Shown here: positions 18,142 through 25,239 of the stretch, piece by piece
Layout: each line of letters opens with the position of its first letter
How positions within the stretch are numbered: the first letter of the stretch is position 1
Assembly: GCA_041494705.1 (NCBI GenBank)
Contig: JBGQBI010000002.1
Coordinates: 1-32,000 of the forward strand
Direction of reading: 5' to 3'
DNA length: 32,000 nt
Source of the DNA: Candidatus Methanoperedens sp.
GTDB taxonomy: Archaea; Halobacteriota; Methanosarcinia; Methanosarcinales; Methanoperedenaceae
Translations under genes and position numbers: made by a program
The notes under the pieces: generated by a model
Databases searched by the model: none
What the model saw: the letters and a program-made list of their open reading frames with translations, nothing else
What the model was told of the DNA's origin: nothing

Positions 18142-18282
18142 TTATATTTCCTCAGGCAGTTCCTCCAGTTCCCCTTTTGTTTTCGTTAAATCCACAAGAT
18201 GCTCATCCATCAATTTGTTCTCCTGAATCTTTCGCTTTTTTTCGCCCTTTCTTTCAAGTTCCCGCTTTTTAAGTTTTGACAT
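18142..18282 (-). CDS. Small charged hypothetical protein (46 aa), translationally abutted to the MoaD-like gene
   Basis: This ORF is not in the supplied track because it is under 60 aa. It reads ATG 18282 MSKLKKRELERKGEKKRKIQENKLMDEHLVDLTKTKGELEELPEEI, with TAA at 18142-18144 immediately followed by the GTG of the MoaD-like gene. A GAGGT SD-like sequence lies about 8 nt upstream. Confidence 0.35.
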   Translation of the reverse strand: MSKLKKRELERKGEKKRKIQENKLMDEHLVDLTKTKGELEELPEEI

Positions 18283-18526
18283 GGTTTTACCTCGCATCTT
18301 TTGAGTTTAAAATCGTAGTAGGTTAAGAATCACTGCTCTGTTCCTGATGTATACTTAGCTTCTGTGTATTATTAACTTTGTGCATGGTATCAACCTAGTT
18401 TTTAAAATTTGAATAGCTTCACCCACTCTTGCCACTGGATTTTAGAAATAACCAGAATTCAAAGCACATACTAAGCGCCGCGGAGTGCAATGGGCAGTTA
18501 CTTTTCCGATGATGAGCATTTCAAAT

Positions 18527-19723
18527 TTACATCTGTGAACAGATTGATTGCTTGAGCATGGAAAAAGTATGGTCTTGTAAACTAGGTTGAAAAATATCGT
18601 GGTTGTCCACGTAGTTTGATGCTAAACAACCTCCCCGAAAGTCTTCAGCAATTCCTTTAGCCTCACAAGCCACACGCAACTGCGAGCTATTAACCAACTC
18701 AAACCGGTTTTTAAGGTGGGTCAAGCCATATCGTACATCACCTAACTTCATTATAAGCTCTTTATTATTCAAAGCCAAAATCTTTGAACACGGTGATGCC
18801 TCTCCATTTACAGCAACTGATATTGAGTTACGACCTGCCTGGCATCCAAAAAATGGCTCCGTGAGTTTTTCATCAAATTCATTAATTCGCAAATCATGGC
18901 GCGGTGTTTGTTTGTACCAATGGAATAATTTCTTTAACTGTTTGCTATAAGAATCTATACTTTCCATAGACCACTCAATACCCGTTGCATAACCAATAAT
19001 AAATTGGTTGATGCCCACTTCATAAAGTCCTAGGACATTTTCAAAGAGATCGGAGGCTGTTGATGGCATAACAGTAATTTTTACACCAACCCATGGTTGT
19101 ACTCTTTTCAATATTTCAAACGCTCTCATTACTTGTTTGAAGGTGCCACTACCATGCTTATCTATTCTGAATCTGTTGTGTGTAGACTCGAGCCCATCGA
19201 CACTTAAAAGAACTTTGACTTTATGCTGAGCAAAGTAATTGACCATATAATCATTTAGCAGAACTCCATTGGTGGTGATATTGAAATCAATAGATTTTCC
19301 GAAAAGTGAAGCCTTTTTTTCAGCATGTTCTGTTACAGATCGAACCGCAGGGAAATTTAACAGAGGCTCGCCACCGAAATGAGTTACATATAATTGAGGT
19401 TCGCCCTGGGCGTAGTCAAAAAGAAGATCTATCGCTGCTTTAGCTGTTTCCAGAGGCATCTTTCGATGCCCATGAAAGGTTTTTTCGAAACAGTAGCTAC
19501 ATGCCAGATTGCAACCCTCCGTATGAATGATTTCTAATTTTGTCAATGGAGGAAACAGGGATCCATTTAACTGCGCTACAGTCTGATATATAAGGTTTCT
19601 AACATTTTCTGAAGATAAGTTCAGGCAATTTTCAAGATGAGAATGGAGCAGACCAATATCTAGAGAATCTGATAATAAATACCCATAGACATCATCAATT
19701 AAATTTTTATGCAATGTTATCAT
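18527..19723 (-). CDS. Radical SAM enzyme with a SPASM/twitch-like C-terminal auxiliary Fe-S domain (anSME-family peptide maturase-like)
   Basis: 398 aa. It has the CX3CX2C motif GCNLACSYCFEK (C71/C75/C78) and GGEPLL. The C-terminal sequence C-x12-G-x4-C (FFGCQAGRNSISVAVNGEASPC) matches the first SPASM/twitch signature. Further Cys residues occur at VACEAK, RGGCLAS and SICSQM. About 60 aa precede the radical SAM core. Confidence 0.8.
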   Translation of the reverse strand: MITLHKNLIDDVYGYLLSDSLDIGLLHSHLENCLNLSSENVRNLIYQTVAQLNGSLFPPLTKLEIIHTEGCNLACSYCFEKTFHGHRKMPLETAKAAIDLLFDYAQGEPQLYVTHFGGEPLLNFPAVRSVTEHAEKKASLFGKSIDFNITTNGVLLNDYMVNYFAQHKVKVLLSVDGLESTHNRFRIDKHGSGTFKQVMRAFEILKRVQPWVGVKITVMPSTASDLFENVLGLYEVGINQFIIGYATGIEWSMESIDSYSKQLKKLFHWYKQTPRHDLRINEFDEKLTEPFFGCQAGRNSISVAVNGEASPCSKILALNNKELIMKLGDVRYGLTHLKNRFELVNSSQLRVACEAKGIAEDFRGGCLASNYVDNHDIFQPSLQDHTFSMLKQSICSQM

Positions 19724-19908
19724 TCTTTTGATATATGAGTGTGTCTGAATATTTTCTCAAGGATAAGATACCAAATTGCGATGTTATAGGATTGTTTAAC
19801 AAAAACGCTACTAATTCATAGCTTTATCATAACGGCATGTATCATATTTTCAAATAAGATAAGCGTTTAGGGTTGGGTTCAAATATCCATTTCTTGCGCA
19901 ATTTTTTT

Positions 19909-20142
19909 CTATCCCATGAACTTAATTGTGCAGTCGAATTGTCCCGAACATGATACTGTACCAGTACACGAGTAGTCACCACACTTAAAACCTGTCCCCG
20001 TGCAAGCATAAGGCATAGGCCTTGGAGACACCACCGCCTTCTCACTAGCAGCTAGAGATTGAGATATTCTTGTAAGAATCTCATTTGCTATATAATTTGA
20101 CAGGCTTTTCAACTCCTCTTGAGACAGTTTCTCGATTACCAT
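19909..20142 (-). CDS. Candidate RiPP precursor peptide: a roughly 44-aa Cys-free leader plus a Cys-rich core of about 33 aa
   Basis: 77 aa: MVIEKLSQEELKSLSNYIANEILTRISQSLAASEKAVVSPRPMP-YACTGTGFKCGDYSCTGTVSCSGQFDCTIKFMG. All five Cys (47, 54, 59, 65, 71) are in the last 31 residues. The gene has its own SD and TATA box and is co-oriented 185 nt upstream of the radical SAM gene. Confidence 0.7.
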   Translation of the reverse strand: MVIEKLSQEELKSLSNYIANEILTRISQSLAASEKAVVSPRPMPYACTGTGFKCGDYSCTGTVSCSGQFDCTIKFMG

Positions 20143-20145
20143 AAT

Positions 20146-20184
20146 TTTCCTCCCAGAATATCTTTAATTCTGTTTCTATATAAA
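20146..20184 (-). promoter_or_regulatory. Promoter/RBS of the precursor peptide gene (TATA box TTTATATA plus SD GGGAGG)
   Basis: The minus strand reads ...AATGTTTATATAGAAACAGAATTAAAGATATTCTGGGAGGAAAATT-ATG. The TATA-like box is at 20177-20184, about 35-40 nt upstream of the ATG. The SD is at 20149-20154, 6 nt upstream. Confidence 0.5.
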
Positions 20185-20214
20185 CATTGTGTTTAGCGGG
20201 AACCTGTTTCCTGA

Positions 20215-21324
20215 TTAAAATAATTCCAAACTCTTAAGTTCATATTTCCTGCTCCCGCATCCTATTTTTTCAGCAGCTTCGATATGTAACCACGGGTTCA
20301 CGCCCCATACATTGTATATCGATTTTCCATCCGGTTTCATTCTCCCGTTAATTAAATCGATTGTTGCAGAATCAATTGCCACCGGGTCTTTTCCAGCCAG
20401 GATACCTATATCTTCAACAAAGCGCTCACCCGAAAAATTGAAGCAATCGCAGCCCGGCGTGAGGTCGTAGACCCAGTTAATATATCCAATCCGCCCATTC
20501 AGCGCTTTTATAGGGCCAAGCGCGGCTTCACCCAGCCTCTTTTGCATTTTATCTGTCGCATCCGGAGGAGGAATTATCGCCTCCTGCTGGCATGCATCAG
20601 CGCAGGACAACTCACCGCAGCATTTTGTATGGTCGATTTCAGGCGGCGTTATAGCGCCCCACGGGCATACTTCCACGCAATCCCCGCACTGTATGCATTT
20701 TTCAGGGTCGATGGAGGGCTTGCCCACTTCATGTACCTTTATCTTTCCTGCCCTGTCAAGACATCCCATGCCCAGGTGCTTTACCGCACCGCCGAATCCT
20801 GAAGCAGGATGCCCTTTTCCATGGGAAATGATAATCATCGAATCGGCTTCCGCGATGGCAGAGGCAACCGTAATGCTGCCAAGCGCTTCCCCATTAATCT
20901 CTATTTCCTTGCCATCGCCGCCTCTTAAACCGTCAGCCACAATAAAAGGGGCGTTCATGCTCGCATGTGTAAAACCGTTCATTGAAGCGCCTTTTATAAG
21001 ATTCGGCGCGTTCAGTTTCATTCCTTTGTATAACGTCGTGGTGTCGGTCACAAACGGTATTCCTCCGGCTTCCATCACAAGGTCAACCACAGTTCTTGCA
21101 ATTACAGGTCTTATATGAGTCGTGTTCCCATATTCCCCCGGATGTATTTTTATTGCTACAATATCACCTTTTTTGACAGGTGAAATATACGGAAAAATTC
21201 TCTTTATCTGTTCAGGCTGGTTATCTTCAGGCTTTGTGATTTTCGCATCTTTGAATAATATATTACTCAGGAATATCCCTCCACATCTCTTTTGATTTGT
21301 GATATCATAGTATTTAAACTGCAT
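20215..21324 (-). CDS. DUF362-family protein with an inserted 2x[4Fe-4S] ferredoxin-type domain
   Basis: It has the DUF362-like motif GDIVAIKIHPGEYGNTTHIRP, then HGKGHP...GMGC, and a ferredoxin motif CIQCGDCVEVCPWGAI plus further Cys clusters (CCGELSCADAC). The ORF is open to 21408. I prefer the ATG at 21324 (MQFKYYD...) because it leaves a TATA-containing divergent promoter free. The start is uncertain. Confidence 0.65.
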   Translation of the reverse strand: MQFKYYDITNQKRCGGIFLSNILFKDAKITKPEDNQPEQIKRIFPYISPVKKGDIVAIKIHPGEYGNTTHIRPVIARTVVDLVMEAGGIPFVTDTTTLYKGMKLNAPNLIKGASMNGFTHASMNAPFIVADGLRGGDGKEIEINGEALGSITVASAIAEADSMIIISHGKGHPASGFGGAVKHLGMGCLDRAGKIKVHEVGKPSIDPEKCIQCGDCVEVCPWGAITPPEIDHTKCCGELSCADACQQEAIIPPPDATDKMQKRLGEAALGPIKALNGRIGYINWVYDLTPGCDCFNFSGERFVEDIGILAGKDPVAIDSATIDLINGRMKPDGKSIYNVWGVNPWLHIEAAEKIGCGSRKYELKSLELF

Positions 21325-21338
21325 ACTATTTAAACCAC

Positions 21339-21352
21339 AATATTTATATAAT
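21339..21352. promoter_or_regulatory. AT-rich TATA-like element (AATATTTATATAAT) in a divergent intergenic region
   Basis: It is positioned about 20-30 nt from both the ATG at 21324 (minus) and the ATG at 21381 (plus). This is consistent with leaderless or short-leader archaeal transcripts in both directions. Confidence 0.3.
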
Positions 21353-21380
21353 CTCTCGTTAAATATATGACTAATCAAAA

Positions 21381-21572
21381 ATGGGAGATGGGTTAATGTT
21401 AGAGACATCCAAAGAAAGAGTAAAACTGCTCAAAGCCGGTATCCCAGGCAAGAGAATAGAAACAATGTATATAAAATTCAATAATTTCAAGATAGTCCAG
21501 AAACCTGTACTTTTTGAGATGGTTGAAACCGATTCAAACAATATTGAAAATTATAACAGCCAAAAGCTGTGA
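21381..21572 (+). CDS. Hypothetical small protein (63 aa)
   Basis: The only support is an open frame with an ATG downstream of a TATA-like box. I recognise no family and the composition is AT-rich. Confidence 0.25.
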   Translation: MGDGLMLETSKERVKLLKAGIPGKRIETMYIKFNNFKIVQKPVLFEMVETDSNNIENYNSQKL

Positions 21573-21642
21573 TTTAACACCTTTTCTTACGATTGCTGTT
21601 TAATAAAATTTATATGTGTCAACTGCGTTAGCAGACGAGCCT

Positions 21643-21816
21643 ATGACTGTAAATGTAAATCGTTATAAATGCGGATACTGCGGAGCATGCGTGGGTGTAT
21701 GCCCGGTAGGAGCGCTTGAACTGGTAGAGACATGGATAGAGGTGGATAATACGTGCACAAGTTGCGGCGTATGCGCGAAGATATGTCCCGTTGGCGCACT
21801 GGTGGTTGTTAAATGA
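21643..21816 (+). CDS. 2x[4Fe-4S] mini-ferredoxin, the likely dedicated electron donor of the downstream geranylgeranyl reductase
   Basis: It has two CxxCxxCxxxCP motifs (CGYCGACVGVCPVGAL; CTSCGVCAKICPVGAL). The track ORF starts at GTG 21616, but a TATA-like AAATTTATAT at 21606-21615 makes the ATG at 21643 (MTVNVNRYKCGYC) the more likely start. A ferredoxin-GGR pairing has been described in Methanosarcina acetivorans. Confidence 0.8.
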   Translation: MTVNVNRYKCGYCGACVGVCPVGALELVETWIEVDNTCTSCGVCAKICPVGALVVVK

Positions 21817-22088
21817 AAAACTTTAGGAAAGTTTTATCAAAAACCGTTGCGCCGCTTTACTTCGCAGACACGTATGGCGAAGCCATACGTAAACCTTTAA
21901 GAAAGGTTTATCAAAAACTTTTAGAAAAGTTTATTAAATTCAACACGTATGGCTTTGCCATACGTGGACACTGCGTAAACCGAAGTTTCGGTTTTCAAAC
22001 GACAGGTATGCAAAGCATACCTGAACACCACGTAAACTGGGGTATCGGTTTACGTGGATACCGCATAAAGCGAGGTGTCGCTTTATGA
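21813..22088 (+). CDS. Questionable 91-aa ORF spanning the hairpin array (ATGA overlaps at both ends)
   Basis: The frame is open. Its ATG overlaps the ferredoxin stop (21813-21816) and its TGA overlaps the GGR ATG (22085-22088). About 70 percent of its nucleotides are perfect palindromes, and the protein resembles nothing I know. See the repeat feature and findings. Confidence 0.25.
   Translation: MKNFRKVLSKTVAPLYFADTYGEAIRKPLRKVYQKLLEKFIKFNTYGFAIRGHCVNRSFGFQTTGMQSIPEHHVNWGIGLRGYRIKRGVAL
21817..22087. repeat. Array of nine perfect short hairpins/palindromes (8-10 bp stems, mostly 2-4 nt loops)
   Basis: A 21817-21835 AAAACTTT/agg/AAAGTTTT. B 21870-21890 ACGTATGGC/gaa/GCCATACGT. C 21891-21909 AAACCTTT/aag/AAAGGTTT. 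D 21915-21932 AAACTTTT/ag/AAAAGTTT. E 21944-21966 CACGTATGGC/ttt/GCCATACGTG. F 21977-21994 AAACCGAA/gt/TTCGGTTT. G 22003-22023 CAGGTATGC/aaa/GCATACCTG. H 22028-22057 CCACGTAAAC/tggggtatcg/GTTTACGTGG. I 22064-22087 CATAAAGCGA/ggtg/TCGCTTTATG. Confidence 0.85.
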
Positions 22089-23263
22089 AGAGCAGATATG
22101 ATGTTATTGTGGTTGGAGCAGGCCCGGCAGGTTCAATCACCGCAAAAACCGCCGCATCGGGCGGGCTTGATGTCCTGCTTATTGAAAAGAGGCAGGAGAT
22201 AGGGGACCCTGTGAGATGCGCTGAAGGTGTAGGAAAAGAGGATTTGAAAAAACATATAGAACCTGACCCACGATGGATAGCGGCAGAAGTAAAAGGTTCC
22301 AAGATACTCGCACCTGATGGAACTGAAATCAAAATGTCAGAAGAAGCATCAAGCGGAAAGGCTGGTTACACTCTTGAAAGAAAGGTCTTTGACAGGGCGC
22401 TTGCCCAGCAGGCTGCCATGGCAGGGGCAGAAGTGATGGTAAAGACACGGGCGACCGGATTATTGCGGAATAACGGCAAAATAACCGGGATAAATGCCAT
22501 GTATATGGGGGAAACCCATGAGATTAAAGCCGATATCGTAATAGGCGCTGACGGTGTGGAATCAAAAGTAGGAAGATGGGGCGGAATAGACACGTCATTA
22601 AAGCCCGGAGATATCGATACCTGCGCGCAGTTCCTGGTTTCAAATATCGACGCAGGTGAATACAGTATGTTCTATCTGGGTGAAAAATATACGCCCGGAG
22701 GGTATGTATGGGTATTTCCCAAAGGCAAATACACAGCGAATGTCGGATTGGGGCTCCTTGGAAGCAAATCCGGGAACGTCCGCGCCATTACACTCCTTGA
22801 GAAATTCCTGAAAGATTATATGCCACAGGCTAAAATCCTGGAAATGGTGGTTGGCGGAGTCCCGGTCAGCGGGCCGATTAAACAGACAGTAACGGACGGG
22901 CTGATGCTTGTAGGCGATGCTGCAAGGCAATCGGATCCATTGACTGGCGGCGGTATTATTAACGCAATGGACGCGGGGAAGATGGCAGGAGAAGTCTGTA
23001 TCAAGGCCAAAGAAATGGGTGATTATTCTGTAAGGGTTTTGAAAGAATATGAGGATAAATGGCGCGCAACTATCGGGAAAGAACTCAGCAAATCCCTTGT
23101 TGTCAAGAATATGCTCCTTAAGCTCACGGACGAACAATTGAACCAACTTGCTCATTCGCTTAATGGGATAGATACGAGTAAGATGGCTTTACCAACTTTG
23201 TTGCCTATATTATTCAAAAGAAATCCCAGGATATTGTGGGAATTGAGAACGCTGTTCGTGTAA
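22085..23263 (+). CDS. Geranylgeranyl reductase (digeranylgeranylglycerophospholipid reductase), FAD-dependent
   Basis: 392 aa. It has the Rossmann FAD motif [13 protein letters not shown], plus RCAEGV, GADG and [17 protein letters not shown], which are typical of archaeal GGR. It is preceded by the small ferredoxin. Confidence 0.85.
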   Translation: MKSRYDVIVVGAGPAGSITAKTAASGGLDVLLIEKRQEIGDPVRCAEGVGKEDLKKHIEPDPRWIAAEVKGSKILAPDGTEIKMSEEASSGKAGYTLERKVFDRALAQQAAMAGAEVMVKTRATGLLRNNGKITGINAMYMGETHEIKADIVIGADGVESKVGRWGGIDTSLKPGDIDTCAQFLVSNIDAGEYSMFYLGEKYTPGGYVWVFPKGKYTANVGLGLLGSKSGNVRAITLLEKFLKDYMPQAKILEMVVGGVPVSGPIKQTVTDGLMLVGDAARQSDPLTGGGIINAMDAGKMAGEVCIKAKEMGDYSVRVLKEYEDKWRATIGKELSKSLVVKNMLLKLTDEQLNQLAHSLNGIDTSKMALPTLLPILFKRNPRILWELRTLFV

Positions 23264-23298
23264 AAATTAAAAAAAAAATGATTATTCTTTTTTAATTT
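23264..23298. terminator. Bidirectional AT-only palindrome with oligo-T tracts between the convergent GGR and secY genes
   Basis: AAATTAAAAAA (23264-23274) is the reverse complement of TTTTTTAATTT (23288-23298). This gives T-runs on both strands immediately after both stop codons. Archaeal termination typically occurs at oligo-T. Confidence 0.45.
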
Positions 23299-24782
23299 CA
23301 TTCCTTCCCGAAGAAGCTTCTCATCATCGGGTGCATCTCCATCATCTGCTGGCTGGCGATGTCCTCGTACAGCCTGTACATGATGCTGACTGTAAGCAAT
23401 AAACCTGTTCCGCCTGCGCCTCCCAGTGTCCCGAGAAGGCTGGCTACGAGCGTAAGCAATCCTATGAACGCGCCGCCTATTACCGTTACCTTGGGTATAT
23501 ACCGCTGCATTACGCGTTCAAGCGTCCCGCTGCTTCTGCGGTAGCCCGGTATCTGCATCCCTGAATTCTGGATTTTTTCAGCCACGTTCTTTGCACCCAT
23601 ACCTGTTGTTTCAATCCAGAAGAGAGCAAATATTATACCGCCAATTATTAGCATGAAAGCATCGGTCAGGACATGAAGCGCAATCTGCCATATAGCCGGA
23701 GGCGCGACGCTGAGACTTGTGAACTGAGATGACACAAGTGATGGAATCCAGTTATTAGGTCCCTGAATAGGAGAAAGATAATACATAAGACCATTCACAG
23801 GCGTAGCCTGCTTGAATTCGCCCAATAAGCTAATACCTCTGCTTGAGAGGATAAGCCCCACCATCTGGATATTCGCCTGCAGCGCCCTCACCAGGATCAT
23901 GGGCAGAACACTTGCGTAGATAAGTTTCACGGGAAAGCGCCCGCGAGCGCCCCTTACGGCGGCATGAGCCAGCGGGATCTCTATACGGCAGCTTTCTACG
24001 TAAACCACCATCAGATAAATTATGACTGTGCTGATCAGTGCCAGGATACCGCCTTTCACCAACAAGAATAGTACCCCATCACCTGTCAGGAGATAATCAA
24101 GACCGATATTCGATGACGGGCTGGCTATGTGAATCCATTTCGGGATAAGCCCAATCGGGAATCCTGTCTCATCGAGTTTCCAGTTGAATATACCCTGGAC
24201 AATTTGCTGCGATACACCGGCAATAATGAACAACCCCACGCCTGAACCTATGCCCCACTTGGAGACTATCTCATCCATGTAGAGAATCAGCACACCCCCG
24301 ATGCATATCTGTATGAACAGCAATACGGTTATCCAGCTGACACTAATATTGAGCTGCGCTGCAAGCCCTGCATCGGCTTTCATATAGCCGCCAAGGATTT
24401 GAGGCAGCGCTTCAAGGGCTATCATCACAAAGACAAGTAATTTCTGCAGACCCTGGAAAATGGCCTGCTGGTGCGGATTTGTAAGATCCATCCTGATAAC
24501 ATTTGCCCCCACAAGTAATTGCAGAACTATCGATGCCGTTACTATGGGCCCTATTCCAAGTACCATGAGCGAACCCGACGCACCTGCAAAGAATGCGCGG
24601 TAGAGTTCAAAAAGATCTATTGAGCTTTTATCAAGCCCGAACAAAGGTATGTTCGCCAGGGCAAAATAAAGGACGAGAATCCCAAGGGTCCATCCCAGTT
24701 TTTTCTTGAAATGCACATGACCTTCGGGACGCGATACCGCAGGAAGGCGATTCAATAGGGGGGCAAGACTTTCAAATACCAT
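23298..24782 (-). CDS. secY: Preprotein translocase subunit SecY
   Basis: 494 aa with 10 TM segments. It occupies the conserved position at the distal end of the r-protein operon. Typical archaeal SecY segments are present (GIGPIVTASIVLQLL, IGSGVGLFI). Confidence 0.9.
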   Translation of the reverse strand: MVFESLAPLLNRLPAVSRPEGHVHFKKKLGWTLGILVLYFALANIPLFGLDKSSIDLFELYRAFFAGASGSLMVLGIGPIVTASIVLQLLVGANVIRMDLTNPHQQAIFQGLQKLLVFVMIALEALPQILGGYMKADAGLAAQLNISVSWITVLLFIQICIGGVLILYMDEIVSKWGIGSGVGLFIIAGVSQQIVQGIFNWKLDETGFPIGLIPKWIHIASPSSNIGLDYLLTGDGVLFLLVKGGILALISTVIIYLMVVYVESCRIEIPLAHAAVRGARGRFPVKLIYASVLPMILVRALQANIQMVGLILSSRGISLLGEFKQATPVNGLMYYLSPIQGPNNWIPSLVSSQFTSLSVAPPAIWQIALHVLTDAFMLIIGGIIFALFWIETTGMGAKNVAEKIQNSGMQIPGYRRSSGTLERVMQRYIPKVTVIGGAFIGLLTLVASLLGTLGGAGGTGLLLTVSIMYRLYEDIASQQMMEMHPMMRSFFGKE

Positions 24783-24788
24783 ATTCTT

Positions 24789-25235
24789 TTACTCTGCGTT
24801 AGGGGATTGTGACGCTTTTGCCTGTCCTTTTGCTTCTTCGATTTTCTGTTTTGCAACAGATGAGAATTCATTAGCCGTAATAAAGAGCGGTTTTGTTATC
24901 TTTCCACTGCCAAGCACTTTCTCAATACCGATATTTGCAAGGTCTATGTGGAACGCTTCGCCTTTCTTTTCAGCAAAGCCATCTATCACCAGTTGCTCTA
25001 TGGCTTCATCGAGTTCACCTACATTTACGATGACTTTATCGGAAGCAGTCGATAACGGTCTTTTGAACCCATGTTTGCCGAAACTCAAACCCCGCTGCAT
25101 TGACCTGACAAAGTGGTGTTTGCATGTACCTGCATTCCCGCGTCCTCCGCGGCTTCCGCCGCCTCTCCGGTTCTTATGCGTGCCGCCGCCGCAGGTTCTT
25201 GAACCCCTGAATTTCTTTGTTTTTTGTTTGCCCAT
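24789..25235 (-). CDS. rpl15: 50S ribosomal protein uL15 (L15P)
   Basis: 148 aa. It has a Gly/Arg-rich N-terminus ([29 protein letters not shown]) and the expected operon position. Confidence 0.9.
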   Translation of the reverse strand: MGKQKTKKFRGSRTCGGGTHKNRRGGGSRGGRGNAGTCKHHFVRSMQRGLSFGKHGFKRPLSTASDKVIVNVGELDEAIEQLVIDGFAEKKGEAFHIDLANIGIEKVLGSGKITKPLFITANEFSSVAKQKIEEAKGQAKASQSPNAE

Positions 25236-25239
25236 AAAA

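Noticed and set aside
19842-20045. A 67-aa ORF overlapping the precursor peptide gene in another frame.
   Set aside because: It has no SD or TATA box of its own and an arbitrary composition. The 19909-20142 frame has the SD, the promoter and the leader/core architecture.
21817-22087. The hairpin-rich repeat region considered as a CRISPR array.
   Set aside because: The palindromic units are neither identical nor of CRISPR repeat length. They are not separated by unique spacers of uniform size, there is no leader, and no cas genes occur in the window.
21940-22332. A 130-aa minus-strand ORF covering hairpins E-I and the 5' end of GGR.
   Set aside because: It is antisense to a confidently identified GGR gene. 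It stays open across the spacer simply because palindromic DNA reads similarly on both strands.
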